This document shows positions 11,068 through 24,999 of a stretch of 64,000 bases of DNA, piece by piece. The notes under the pieces were generated by a model. That model was not told the origin of the DNA, made no database searches, and saw only the letters and a list, made by a program, of their open reading frames with translations. Positions within the stretch are counted from its first letter, which is position 1; the number at the start of each line of letters is the position of its first letter. The position numbers were made by a program, and so were the translations under genes. Origin of the DNA: Octopus sinensis (taxonomy: Eukaryota); contig NC_042999.1 of assembly GCF_006345805.1 (NCBI RefSeq), forward strand, positions 104,036,001-104,100,000, read 5' to 3'.

Positions 11068-12467
11068 CATTTGGTTGATATTTCTAACAAATCGAATGCT
11101 TGCATAGATTCTTCCTTCATTTACTCGCTGTTGTATTTGTGTTTTTGAGGTTATCGCTGTTATTGTTGTAGGAGAGTAATCATCCCGCTCCACCCGCCAG
11201 TCAGCGTCGTGCTGTAAGGAGCAAACAGAGATAACGACCAAACTGGAAATAGAAGCTATTGAACAGTTAATGAATGGATGGCTGAATAAGTGATGGACAC
11301 ATAAACTCATTTATTCCTTTCAGATGAACTACTATCGTTTCTTGCTTCTTTTTTTTCTTTTTTTTTTTTGTAAACTTTTTCGTTTGTTTCGGTCTTTAAT
11401 ATCACTCATACCATTTAAAAATATCAGTCGAAATTGTTGAGAGGCTAAAGTTATTTGAACTAGTTAGGAGTCACGGCTTCAAAATCCGAGTCTGAAAAAA
11501 AAAAAGTCACAGGAAAAAATATATATAATGAATTTATTCCCAAGTTGCTACTGTGTGGTACCTTGGGCAAGCGTCTTCTAAAGCCTCAGGCCGACCAAAG
11601 TCTTGTGAGTGGATTTGGGAGATGGAAACTTCGTGTATGTGTTTTACTTATTGTATTTATGCTGAACCGTTACAGGATGTGAAAAAAAAAGTCTTTTATT
11701 CCATTTCTTATACAAAATAAGACAATGAAAGAAAATTTTAAGTCAGTCATTTATTGATAGTATAAAACATACGGACTGAAAACACCTTTCACAGTATCGT
11801 CAATAAATGGCTGAATTCCAGGTCGACTTTGCCTTTCATTCTTTGAGGATCGATAAATTAAGTACTAGTTGCGTACTGAAGTCAATCTAATCAACTGGCC
11901 CCCTTCCCCAAAATTGTTCTTCCTGAAGTTTCAATGGAAGATTTTCCTTCCAAACAATAATTTTTGTCTTCCTCACTGAATTGTCTCTCTCACACACAAT
12001 TCCTCTCATCTTTGAGGTAATTAGACTAATAAAACCAGTTTACATATTTCTCTTGCATTCTCTTTTATTATGATTTTATAATTGTCATTTTCCTTCTAAC
12101 TGCACCTTTTCTGTTTTAAAACCCATAAAAAATTACTTTTCGTTGTTTTTTTGGAGGGCTGGAATGGGTTAATTATATCTTAATTAATTTCAATGGGGAA
12201 AATTGATTTGTAAAACAAGTAAATTGTGAAATGAGCTTGGTCATAGAATGAATTAAACTTGTACTGAGCAGTATCACTGTGTATACACACATACACACAC
12301 ACATGCACACACGCATGCAGACAGACAGATAGATAGATAGACAGATTGATAGATGAATAGATTGGTAGATATTCATATATATATATATTAGAGTAAAACC
12401 AATATAAACTTAATGAAAGCACTCAACTCTTATTTGCAATGGAGAAAAAATAATTATATGAGCTTAC

Positions 12468-12629
12468 TGTTTCATCCAGATCCCTGCATCTGTCTGTCAA
12501 AGTTTGAATTTCGTTTTCTTTTCGATTCAAGGCTTCTGTAAGTCGTTCACAAGTATTCTTCCAGCCAAAGAGTTCTTCTTTCTGGTTGCTTACTGAATGG
12601 GTCAGTTTCTCTTTGGTTTTCACCAATTC
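12468..12629 (-). CDS. Coding exon (162 nt, phase 0-0): ELVKTKEKLTHSVSNQKEELFGWKNTCERLTEALNRKENEIQTLTDRCRDLDET
   Basis: Acceptor ttatttcttttatttcag, 54 open codons with heptad-like composition, donor ACA|gtaagc. Overlaps ORF-track entry 12423..12626. Confidence 0.88.
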
Positions 12630-13026
12630 CTGAAATAAAAGAAATAAGATAATGTAAGCTTCAAATGTATGTTCAACTATATGTTATCATTCTCTGAGAA
12701 GAAAAGGATTGTAACAGTTTAATCTTTCACTTCAGAATGAAATTTCTTGGTTATTCCGGTAATGATATTAAATACCTGCCAAAAAATAGAATTGTTATTT
12801 TTTGAAAGTCACATTACCTCAGTAAACTTGACATATCTCAACAAAATATTGTTTCAAAGGTGACATTCCTCAACAAAAGATATATTAGTTTATAAAACTG
12901 CTTTCTATAGTTTCGGTTAATGAAATTTTGAGTGGATATATCTGATTTTTGAAGTAAAGTGGTTAAGATACAACCAATCTGTGAAGCTTGGAATGTTGGT
13001 GTATCAAAAGCTACACATATGGAATA

Positions 13027-13421
13027 CTCTTTTACTCTTTTACTTCTTTCAGTTATGTGACTGTGGCCATGCTAGAACACCACCTTCAGTTGAGCAAATT
13101 GACCCCAGGACTTATTCTTTGTAAGCCTAGTACTTATTCTATTGGTCTGTTTTGCTGAACCGCTAAGTTACAGAGATGTAAACACAATAGCATCGGTTGT
13201 CAAGCGATGTTGGGGGGACAAACACAGACACACAAACACACACACACATATATATATATATGACAGGCTTCTTTCAGTTTCTATCTACCAAATCCACTCA
13301 CAAGGCTGTGGTCGGCCCAAGGCTATAGTAGAAGATACTTGCCCAAGGTGCCACGCAGTGGGACTGAACCTGGAACCATGTGGTTCATAAGCAAGCTACT
13401 TACCACAGCCACTCCTTCACC
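13027..13421 (-). mobile_element. SINE family A, full length
   Basis: Colinear with the 6808-7189 copy over its whole length. Confidence 0.9.
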
Positions 13422-14661
13422 TAAGGAAAAATCTTCAAGAATTTTGTGGATGGATACTCACAGCCTCTCCTGTCACAGATGACAGTTGAGGTTCTGCAAT
13501 TTCTTGCTGAACAACCAGTACAGATTATTTGTTTATAATCACTGCCTCCATTAAATCGATATTGCCTGGTCAGGTGCACAGTGTGCATACATCAGATGTC
13601 AAAGTGATTGCAGAGCAATGAAGGGTTTTTGCTGAAGAACAGAACACACTACTCAATCTGAGAAGTAAAGCCATAATATTACAATCATGTGTGCAACACA
13701 CAATAACTAGGTTATGCACCCCTGAGAATTAAACTGTCTTAAGATACAATCAATGTATAAGGACAGCACAATAAAGACCAAAATGTTGATTCAAGGTATT
13801 CATCTTACAGAGAACAGATGATACTTGGAGATAAATGTTAAAATGCTATAAATCCTATTGATATTGGTTTCAAATTTTGGTACAAGGCCAGCAATTTCGT
13901 GGTAAGAGTTAAGTTGATTAAATCAGTTCCAGTGCTCAACAGGTGTTTATTTTATTGACCCTGAAAAGATGAGGGGCAAAGTCAGCCCCAACAGAATTTG
14001 AACTCAAAAATGTAAGGATGGCTGAAATGATGCTAAGAAATTTGCATGTTAATGATTCTGCTAGTATGCTGCCTATAAGTCCTATCAATATCAAGCAATA
14101 AATCGTACTGTGTAGAAGATTACTTCTCTTATATGATGGGGTGAAATCAGGATTGTGAACTGATGGTTAAACGACAGCAAAATACCAAAAAAAAAAAAAA
14201 ATTACAAAGCACTGGTATAAGATGATATACTAAAAAATAGGGGAAAGAACCCCCTTTCCATAAAACCTGCAATTCTATACTTAAGGTAAATGTTTGAATT
14301 GGTGAATATACAGCAAAACAGTTCAGCATTTTTACCACTTTATCTGCTTGCGTTTTTATTTCATCTTGCTTGAACAAAGTCAGCTCTTTCTATTCCAATA
14401 ACACACTTTTTCACCCCAAAAAGGCAAAGTATGACATAAACTAAGAATATATTTCCTGTTCTTTCATTGTTTACTTATATATTTGCTTGTTGTTGTTGCT
14501 ATTATTATTATTATCATTATTATTATTATCATTATTATCATTATTATATTATTATTATTATTATTATTATTATTAAGTCATATTTTCTAAAGTATTTTAA
14601 TAATTTTCAATGAGGTAATTTAATATTGCTAAACTTTAAACTTTCCTGGAATTTACAGTAT

Positions 14662-14706
<45 letters not shown>

Positions 14707-15429
14707 TTGAACACAATCAAATGCTAAAAGCGTAAATAATGTCAAGAAAAAGTATTAAACATTTATACACAATTTTTTCAAATGTCAATGTTGTTTATTC
14801 TTATTTCATATTGGAATTAAGCAGTGATAAATGGTCAATTAAAACAGAAAACTAAATATTTCTTCATTATTTTGAAAGATACAACAGACAAAAACATCTG
14901 CAATCTGATTCTATATTTCAGAAACTGAGTTTATATTGGCCCAGGTAAAGGTGATGGTGGTAGTAGAAGAACTAGTGATGGTGTCGGTGGTAGTGGTGGT
15001 GGTGGTGGTGGCTGTGTTGTTGGTGTTGGTGTTGGTTGTATTAGTGGTGGTTGTGTTAGTGATACTCTAGTTCTGAAAGAGATTTAAAGAATAAGTCCAG
15101 TCTTCCTTGAAATATCATATGAAACAAAATGAGATCTCCAAGATACAAGAAGATAACGTATAATATCTATGCTGTTATAGACAAAAAGATACTGACAGCT
15201 ACTTGAAGGGTTTAGTTGATTAAATACACACACATACCATGTTCCTGTCATGAAAAACCACAGTTACCTCTCACACTCCTGGTTAGTCAGAGTTCTACCA
15301 TGTGGGTTACCCACGAGCATTGTGTTTAGATCTAGTTTTTTTCATTCGCAAAATATGCATTTTTTTAAAAGGAATTAAAAAGTCTGAAAATCGGCTATAA
15401 TAATGTAGACTTCTAGTTTCATTGTTATG

Positions 15430-16367
15430 AAGGGATGCATTTAATGAGGCTACAAAGAAAGAGGCTTGGAGATGCCACTATGAAAGGTTGCTAAATAAAG
15501 AGAATGAATGGAAGAAAGAGAGTATGCTAAATGTTGACCCAACAGAGGGACCAGCTATCTGAATTGACAATACCTTGGTAGATAAAGCAATTAAGGGGAT
15601 GAAGACAGGGAAAGCACCCGGCCCATCAGGAATCACTGCAGTGATGCTCAAAATATCTGGTGGTGTTGGCTATAGTCTAGTCACTCATATAGTCAACCAG
15701 GTGATACATGAAGGAGTCATACCCAATGACTGTGTAGCAGCACCATAGTCAACTGCTACAAAGGTAAAGGTGATGCATTAGATACTAATAATCACAGAGG
15801 TATCAAGTTGTTAGATCAGGTAATGAAAGTCATGGAGAGGGTCATAGCCCAACCAATTAGGGAGAGAGTCAGTCTAGATGAGATGCAATTTGGGTTTGTG
15901 CCAGGGAAAAGCATCACTGATGCTATATTTCTGGTAAGACAGCTGCAGGAAAAATACCTAGCCAAAGATAAACCTCTGTACCTCGCTCTCGTTGACATGG
16001 AGAAAGCCTTTGACAGGGTCCCCCGATCCCTTATCTGGTGGTCAATGAGGAAACTAGGGATAGCTGAATGGTTAGTGAGAGGTGTACAAGCCATGTACAA
16101 GGATGCTGTCAGTAAGGTGAGGGTTGGCAATGAGTACAGTGAAGAATTTCGGGTAGGGGTAGGGGTCCACCAAAGACCAGTCCTCCAGGCAATAACAAAG
16201 AAATTCAAGACAGGATGCCCCTGGCAGCTTCTCTATGCTGATGACCTTGCTCTAATTGCTGAGTTGCTATCAGAAATAGAGGAGAAGTTTTAGGTGTGGA
16301 AGCAAGGATTAGAATTGAAGGGTCTTAGAGTCAACCTAGCAAAAACCAAAGTCTTAATAAGTAGAAA
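15430..16367 (+). mobile_element. RTE-clade LINE fragment (RT domain), truncated at both ends
   Basis: ORF 15808..16293 has QFGFVPGKS, LVDMEKAFDRV, GVGVHQ (with a deletion) and LLYADDL. Confidence 0.9.
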
Positions 16368-17324
16368 GGGCTAAATTTCAGTTAGGCTGTTGAAATGTGA
16401 AGCTAATGGTCTAAGAAATACTCCTAATTTAAATTTTTATGAACTGAATTAACCTTGTGAAATCATAAATCCAGCTATCTGAGTCAATGACTCCCCAAAA
16501 TATATGAAATGAAAAATATGTAAAAATACTAATACACAGAAAAATACTAACACACAGATGCACAGAAAAATATGTAATATACTAACTCACAGAGAAATTA
16601 AAATAAAACCCGCGAGTGAAAAGAATCTTGTGATGTGAAGAATCAAGGGTGAAAAATCAACATAGACAACAGCGTGCGGTTGTCATGATAACAAACTGCT
16701 AATGCCACACTATGAGATGATTGGTGAAAAGTACCCAAATTTTCTAACTTTAATTCCAAATAACATCAGATTCTTTAATTTATGAGATAAAGTAATTGGT
16801 TGATCGTAATCAAAATTCAGAGTTGCATCGATACACCAAAACTGAGAGTAGTCTGAGCAAAATTAAAATTGCGAATGAAAAAGACTAGATCCTTTTTTTT
16901 TTCTGGATCTCTTTTACTTCATTCTTTCTCTTCTCTGAACTGTTCTCTGAGTATCCAATGAAAGACTAAGTTTGAAATGTTATACTTTTACTCAATAACT
17001 TCATTTTATATTTCCTTCCTTCATTATCAACCTCATAATATTAACTGAGAATGTTCCTCTTTATGTTTTGTTTTGTTTTTGATATTTGATTTTTCTTTTT
17101 GTTATTGATTTGCTCTCACTCTCTCTTACTCTCTCCCCTCTCTCTCTACCCTCTGCCCTCTCTCTCTCTGTGCTCTATCCCCCTCTCTTTCCCCTCTCCC
17201 TCTCTGCCCTCTGCCCTCTCTCTCACTGCCCTCTCTCTGTTTGCCCTCTCTCTCTACCCTCTCCCCATCTCTCTGCCCTCTCCCTTCATGCACACATACA
17301 CACACACATGCACACGCACACACA

Positions 17325-17355
<31 letters not shown>

Positions 17356-17568
17356 CAATGAGCTTCTGCACAGTTTAGCCCATTAAATTCACTCAATCAT
17401 TGTTCAGCTTAGAGCTATGGTACAAAACAGTTGTTTTAGGTGTTCTGCAGTGAAAACTGAACCTGAAACTGCATCATTGCAAAGCAAACTTCTTAACCAT
17501 ACAGCCATGCCAGCACATGTATCACCTAACTGTCTGGATGTTTTGAGTTCTTGTCCCATTTTTGTATT

Positions 17569-17569
<1 letters not shown>

Positions 17570-17600
<31 letters not shown>

Positions 17601-17607
17601 CATACAT

Positions 17608-17654
<47 letters not shown>

Positions 17655-17697
17655 TACATACATACATACATACATACATACATACATACATACATAC
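17570..17697. repeat. (CATA)n/(CA)n compound microsatellite
   Basis: Direct reading. A CT-rich low-complexity tract also lies at about 17115-17285. Confidence 0.95.
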
Positions 17698-20138
17698 TAG
17701 ACTACCTGTGACCTGTTGAATCACCTGGAAAGTCTGCTTTCCAGTGACAGAGTTTTGTTTTGTGGGTTTTTCTTCTTTTCCAGGTTATTTCGCATATGTG
17801 GTATCAAAATCATGTGTAAACGGCACCTTTCCCCAGAAAAGGAAAGATTTGGCTGCTATTTCTTACACGCCCTATTACTACGTAATAGGTATTTCAAATC
17901 CTTTTATTTCAAAATGCTGTTGCAGGGCTTGCTAGAAATAGCAGCCAAATGTTGTTTGGAGCTTAGGTACGCTGAATGCATTTGAAAAAGTTTTTATAAT
18001 GGTATTCCCTTGGGGCGATCTTTTGCTTTGACTCTCAAAACTGTCATTTGGATCAGCTGATTTTGAAGAGTTGAAGCTGCATATCAGTTTTTCTATTTGA
18101 GGTTGTTAGTTCCTTGCTTAATTTCTTCCTCATTTCCTGAGAAAGGGATGCTCTTTATAGCATTTCATTGCAGATTCCAAGAAAGAGAGATTGGAGAATT
18201 AACCTCAATACTTGACTGGTACTTGATTTTTCAACACTAGGAGGTAGAAAGTTAAAGTTGACTTCAGCAAGATTTGAACTCAAGGACACATATTCCGAAC
18301 AACTACCACAAGGCATTCTATCCAATACATTTCTTCATATTGAAAGTAAAATATTGTTGTTAACTTGAAGCATTGCCTTCAAAATTTGAACGGAGATAGG
18401 GAATGGAAACCACAACAATACTGAAAATAGGGAAAAATATATTTATTCATTATTTTGGCTTCAATGGACTTAAATCATGAAATTCAAAAATAATTTTAAT
18501 GCACATTTCAGTACATGCCATTATGATTTTATATCAAACATTGCAGGAAACAATATTTAATTGGCATAGCTTTCATAAAGCTGAATATTGAATTAATGTT
18601 TGTTTCTTAATTTTTCTTCAGCTTTTTTCAGGCTTTTAATCCTACAATTTTCTCTTTATATAACTGCTATTGAACTGCAACAGTTTCTGTTGTTGTTCAG
18701 TTTCAGTAGACTTATGACTAAAAGCACGAACATCCTTGGAGTATATTACACGTGTCATTTTTTAGAGACGCTCAGGTATGGTTTTTGATGGGGGTTTGCT
18801 TGCTAGATCTAATAGGTAGAATGACTACATAGCAGATCCCTTCTTAGTTCACTGTACTTTGGAAGTATCAACCATATATGTTACATTTTTCTGTCCTACT
18901 GAGAGACATAAAATATCATCAAAGTTAGCCTGAACACCCTGTACATACAAGTGGGTACTCAAAAGTAACCAGAAACATTCTCTGTGGGACAAACTCAGGT
19001 TATTTCAGACATCCACCACTAGAAGCCACTCAAGCATCAGTCTGCCAACTGGTGTTGTCCAGTGGGGCCGTACTGCCACATAGTGTCTTTGTTTTGCATG
19101 CATAATATTCACCACATCTTGCGTGTGTGTGTGTGTATGGATGGATATAGATATGTATACATATACATACACACATACATCATGCCATGAGAAATCTGTC
19201 TCAATAAATTCCATCTGACTCATGCAAGCATGGAAAAATAGGCATCAAAATGATGATGATGATGATGAAACAAGTACTGACCATTAATTTTTAGTATAAA
19301 ACTCTGAAGCCACCGTACAGGTTATAATGTTATACACATGGCAAGCTCCCTGTAGGGTTTCTATCTACCAAATTCCACTCACAAAATATTCATCAACCTG
19401 AAGTTACAGAAGACTCATTCGAGGTGCTATGATATAGGGTCAAACTTGGAACCTTATAATCATGAAACAAGCTTCTTAACCATATAGCCATACCTAAACT
19501 TAAACAATGACAATGTAAATTCTTGGTTCATGACAAGTGTATTGAGACTTGAGATAATTCTCGTACAATGGGAGGGGAAAAATGAGCAGATCAAATTATT
19601 ATGTATGGGATATATTAATCTAAATGGATTATGTCATTTACAGTAACAGTCTAGATAAAGCATAAGAAGTTTCTTGAATGATGTAAACAATTTACTTAAG
19701 AAAGATAAAGAATGTGCAAGGCTATTGATTTTTTTCCTTTTTAAATAACCATTTTTCTTGAAAATTTATGGAAATTTATGAAAATATGAATATTTGCCTT
19801 ACTGCTGAAACAATTGGTGGTTGTTGCTAAGGTCCAGGTTAGCTCTGATCGATAAACCTTTGATCAATTGTGTTCCAGCTGTGAGTATCATTTCTTTTCC
19901 TTATTTTCTAACATAATGTATCTAGGAGTATTTTATCCTATGTGTCCTTTCTTTTTTAAGATAGCTGGATATAATCTAATATATATTTAGTTGCTAATTC
20001 TAGCTAGTTGAACTATGGTTTTATTGATGGATGTCTATCCTAACGCTTACCACTCTGTGTCATGACCATTTTATAATGGAAGGCAATGTTTACGATATCA
20101 GGAGAATATCGCCTTCTCCCATTATATTCTGTTCTTCA

Positions 20139-20375
20139 TGTAGCTCAAGCTCCAGCAGGTGAAGAAAGAAGTCTTTAAATACAAATTCAATTTACAACCG
20201 GTTTATTTACAAGCTTCACAGAATAGGTGAAGTGTGTTGCTCTCAGCAACCATCTTGAGCTGTGTGTGTGGTGTTGTATCTCCATTAGTGTGGGCACATT
20301 GCTTCTGGAAGTACAACATGCAGACAGGCCGAGCCAGTGAAGTGTGCTCAGCAAGCACTGCTGTGTAGAAGCGGG

Positions 20376-20419
<44 letters not shown>

Positions 20420-20585
20420 ATGAAACTGTTTCTGTTTTGCCCTTATATACAGTTTGCCATTGTGAGCCTCATTGTGATCTCACGCATGGCAAATGGATGC
20501 AGGTGAGGTTTGCTCCAGTCTCAGAGATGCCAATGGCTGTTGCGAGATCTGATCCAATATGGTGCTGACTGCTTGTGCCGCTACA
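20139..20585 (-). mobile_element. Probable solo LTR (447 bp)
   Basis: Termini TGTAGC...GCTACA. On the minus strand TATATAA (20443-20449) precedes AATAAA (20202-20207). The flanking 5-mers match only 3/5. Confidence 0.55.
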
Positions 20586-21576
20586 AATCAAACAGAACAA
20601 CTTAGCTTAACACAAAGACAAGTAAAAATCTGTACCCCTGAACATGCTTTTAGTAAATATCCTTTCCACTATAAGCATGAAGCCTGAAATTTTGTGGGCA
20701 GGGTTTAGTCAATTTCATCGACTCTATTGCTCAACTGGAACTTATATCATCAATCTTGAAGGGATGAAAGGTGGAGATGACTGTGGCAGAATTTGAATTC
20801 AACATAAAGACAGATGAAATGCTGCTAATTATTTTGTCTGGTGTGCCAGCAACTCTGTCAGCTCATCGCTTTCAAGCTGTTTGTAATGATCCTTTCTACT
20901 ATTGGCACAAGGCCTGATATTTTGGGGGAGAGGGCCAGTCAGTTAAATCAACCCCAGTGCTCAACTGGTGCTTATTTCATCAACCCCCAAAAGGATGAAA
21001 GGCAAAGTCGACCTTAGTGGAATTTAAACTCAGAACATCAAGACAAACGAAATGCTAAGCATTTTGCCTGATATGCAAACGATTTTGTCAGCTCACTGCT
21101 TTCAAGCCATTTGTGATAATAATAACTATAATGATGATAATGGATGACGACGACGATGATGATGATAATAAATTAATGATTTCTATCCACAAAATAATGA
21201 AGGAGAAATTACAGTTAAGCAATCACCTAACAACAAAATGATAGAACACTTATGAAAAGTAGTTTGTAACATTTTTTGTTATTGATGTTCAATGTGATTG
21301 TTGATTTTTTTTTATCAGCATAAAAGATTGCTTTCATTAAATTAGTATATTTAAAAGGGAAAAGTGTGAAATGATGAAAAAGAGTTTTTATTAAGAAAGA
21401 AGTAGAGTACAGAAGTTATTTTTCTGTAATGCTGGCATTACTCATAATATTTCTCTTCCTTGCTCTCTGTATGTCTGTCTCTCTGTCTCTTTGTCTTTGT
21501 CTCTCTGTCTGTCTCACACACGTGTGTGTGTGTGTGTGTGTGTATGTGTGTGTGTGTGTATGCATATATATGAATA

Positions 21577-21830
21577 TAGGTGAAGGCGTAGCTGTGTGGT
21601 ATGAAGCTTGCTTCCCAACTACATAGTTCCAGGTTCAGTCCCTGTGCATGGCACCTTGGGCAAGTGTCTTCTACTATAGCTTTGGGCTGACCAAAGCCTT
21701 GTAAGTGGACTTGATAGATGGAAACTGAAAGAAGCCTGTTGTATATATATATGTGTGTGTGTATGTGTCTTTGTCTGTGTTTGTCCTCCCACCACCACTT
21801 GACAAGCAGTTAACCAGCAATGGTGAGATG
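21577..21830 (+). mobile_element. SINE family A, 5' part
   Basis: aggtgaaggcgtagctgtgtggta...ggcaccttgggcaagtgtcttctactatagc, with many CG>TG changes. Confidence 0.85.
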
Positions 21831-23269
21831 GTTCAAACAGTTGCACAATATTTTCTGTGCAAAAAAAAAACAAAAAAACTACATTGGTGTTATATTGGTT
21901 TCATGTTTTGGCACAAGGCCAGTAATTTTGGGGTAGGGGACAGTCGACTTATTTTATCAACTCCGAAAGGATGAAAGCAAAAGTTGCATTTTTTACTCAA
22001 GCATCATTTTATCACAAACTTAAGGCAAATTTAACAAAAACTTAACAAATGACTTACAGTACATTGGAAGTTAACAAAAGGGAGCAGCTTACATCATCTC
22101 AATGTATATCCTTTCCCAGTTTATGTAACCCATATAGATATATATCTTACATTGTTTAATGACTGGGGTTATCTTTTAGAAATGACGTTTTTTTTTTATC
22201 TATTAGTAAATGGCAAATGATAATATAAAGATTACAGGAGTACAGACATCTTCAGCTGTCAGTCAGCATCACTGTAGATGGCTGATGACAAAACAAGAGC
22301 ATTGGTGTTACACCCTGATAGTAGATTGTAGCAATACAAAACATCACAGCTAAAAATACAAGTTTTATATTCTGTAAGTAATTCTCTTGACCAAAATATA
22401 AAAAAAAATCATACACACAGTTCTGATTAGCACCAGTGTTTGGTTATGGAATAACTCTAACATTTATTTTTGTTTTACAATAAATTTCTTACAGAGTTCA
22501 AACTCTTGGCTGAAAAGCAACAAAATCTTTAAATGAGTTAAATAAATATTGTCTTGAGCTCTGGGACTCATAGAGCCAGTTACCCAGTTTCCATGGCATA
22601 TAAGCACTAGCGTAGCTGGGGATAGAGGCGGCACTTTTAATGGGGCACCACTTTTGGGTCTGCTGTCAGTAATATGTTTTTTTTTGTGGGGTCTGATGTC
22701 TTGGGCAGCAAACGGTAGGGCCACCACAGGCAGCACTCACTCTAGCTATACGAGTGCATATATGTGACTGAGATCACAACATAACTGCTGAATGGTATGC
22801 CAGTTCATTGTAGGGTTACACATTTACAACTGAGTCAATTGGAACAATGCGAAATGAAGTGCTTTGCTCACGAACACAATGCACCACCTGTTCTCGGAAT
22901 CAAAACCCTGATCTTGCACTCATGAGTGCAAGACCCTGACCATAGGACCACAAGACCACACCCCGCCACCAATGAGCTCAATGTTGTAGTCTACACAAAA
23001 GAAAAAAATAAATATCCAATACTTGTACTGAGTTGTGAAAAAGTGTAGCATGGTAATGTTCCTGATGATATTGAGGACAATTTATTGTTTGAAGAAAGTA
23101 TTGATGATTTAAATCTTAATTCAGTGATGAAGAGAGCTATGTGGATGGCAACAGCAAGAATGAATGTTCAGGGTTTGAGAATACTGGTTTACTTAGTTCT
23201 GAATAGAATGTTTACCTGGGTTTTGCAGATGATGATTAAATAAATCTTATGATCGTTTTTATCACATTT

Positions 23270-24930
23270 ATTGAACTTTGGTCAATTTTGTTAAAGTTGA
23301 AGGTTAAAGAAAAAGAGAAAGGGATTACCAAGTTTGATACAGAAAATTTGTAAGTTGGCGGAATTAAAGATGAATTTATAACTGAATATTGAAATTGATT
23401 TGTGGTGTTTGAAGCTATAGATGAAGGTAGCCACCAACAACATATAAAAGAGTTTAAAAGAAGTATATTAGACTATAACCAAAGATGTTCAGTGTAGAAG
23501 AAAGATAAAAGGAAGAAAATGGAATTTCACGAGAGATGGGAAGTTATTGAAACACAGAACAAATGAAAAGGTTTTGCTGAAAGTTATGGAGGAAATAAAA
23601 GTGGAAATAGATATTAGAGTCTTAACAGAAATGTGCAAAGGTGTTCAGTAGTACGAGATAAAAGATTTTTGGAAGTGAAAGCTGATGAAGTACATAAGTT
23701 ATTCTATGCAAGAAGTAGTAGTGAAATCAGAAAAGCTTATATGAAATAATAAATGAGATTAGAAAGAAAAGAGATCATAAATACAACCTGTTGTAGTACT
23801 GGCGAGGATCTAGTAACATCCAAATAAACGACCAAGAAAGATTTAAAGAATATCTTGAGTCATGAACAAATCATTTAATGGGAAAAATACTCTGATATTT
23901 CCTGAACCACAAAAGAAGGTGGAAATGGCTCTACATGAAATATATGTTAAAGAAATAGTTAAAGCAATTAAGAAACAGAAATGCTTCTTGATGAGATGGA
24001 AATGCAGGAGAAATGTTAAATCAGATAAAGAGGTGACTATAAGAGCATCTTTGAAGCTGTTTTGTAATATATGAAATACTGAACCTGAAAATAATGATGA
24101 TATAATCCGTGGAGATTAGAATACTGAAAAAATGAGGTTTCATAGGCAATGTGGATATCAGGTAGGTATAACCCTGAGCAGCATAGTATTAAAAGTGTTC
24201 AGTTTATTTATTCTGAATAGGCTACAGACTGCTTTAGGCAGTATGTTAAAGGGTAAACAAGCAGACTTCCTGTGACTGTGAAGTTATAGTGATTAGATAT
24301 TTTTACCCAGCATGTTATACAAATTCAGACAGCCTTTAATAATGGCTGTTGTAGACTCTGAAAAGGACTTTGTTAGTAAACAGAGTGGAAAGTACTATGA
24401 TACTGTGGTTTGCATGGAAAATATGTCAATCTAAACAGTACAATACATCAAGATGTATATATGTTGTAAATGTAGACAGACAGCCCTGAAATGAATTTTG
24501 AAGATAGGAATAAAGGGTTGCAGGGAAGTGTTCTCTCACCTCTTTTGTTTGCTGCTCTAGTAACCTACATCATGAAGGAAACCATTGAAAATAGAAAAGG
24601 TAGAACTGAATTGATTTATTGAAAGTACATAGCAGATGTGGATCATCACCATCATCATCGTCATCATTGTTTAATGTCCGTTTTCATGTGGCATGAGTAG
24701 GATGGTTTGACAAGAGCCGGGCAGACAGAAGCCTGCACCAGACTTCTGTAAGTGTTTTGGCAGGATTTTTACAGCTGGATGCCTTTCCTAACACCAACCA
24801 CTCAGCATGCTGATGATATTGTTTTTCTTCATAATAAACATCATGCAAATAATTGAAATAGGCAAAGGCTTATTCATAACGATAAACATCAATGAATCTG
24901 AAATTATGAAGTAGGCACATACTAAAAGAG
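23270..24930 (+). mobile_element. Highly decayed RTE-like LINE
   Basis: Residual motifs GLQGSVLSPLLF (about 24515-24551) and ADDI (about 24809-24820). Many stops, and an RTE-tail repeat inserted at about 24645-24808. Confidence 0.55.
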
Positions 24931-24999
24931 CCAAATAAGTTTAATTATTTGGAACTATCATAGAAAAAGATAAGTCTTCAGAAATTGAACTGTTTATTA

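Noticed and set aside
11940-12112. Candidate terminal exon (aaacag|AAAAGGTGCAGTTAG) with nearby AATAAA
   Set aside because: Either acceptor yields only 4-6 residues and the acceptor is weak. It fits the CpG boundary but cannot be supported from sequence alone.
14336-14389. 54-nt open frame KELTLFKQDEIKTQADKV (minus) as a fifth phase-0 exon
   Set aside because: No polypyrimidine tract and a weak donor (gtaaaa). The flanking exons already join sensibly. Worth a junction check only.
16540-16892. Third Merlin-like element ending in ...actagatcc
   Set aside because: Only one terminus is visible, with no matching left TIR or TSD.
18050-18140. Minus-strand frame EMRKKLSKELTTSNRKTDMQLQLFKIS after an AG
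   Set aside because: It ends in a stop with no donor site.
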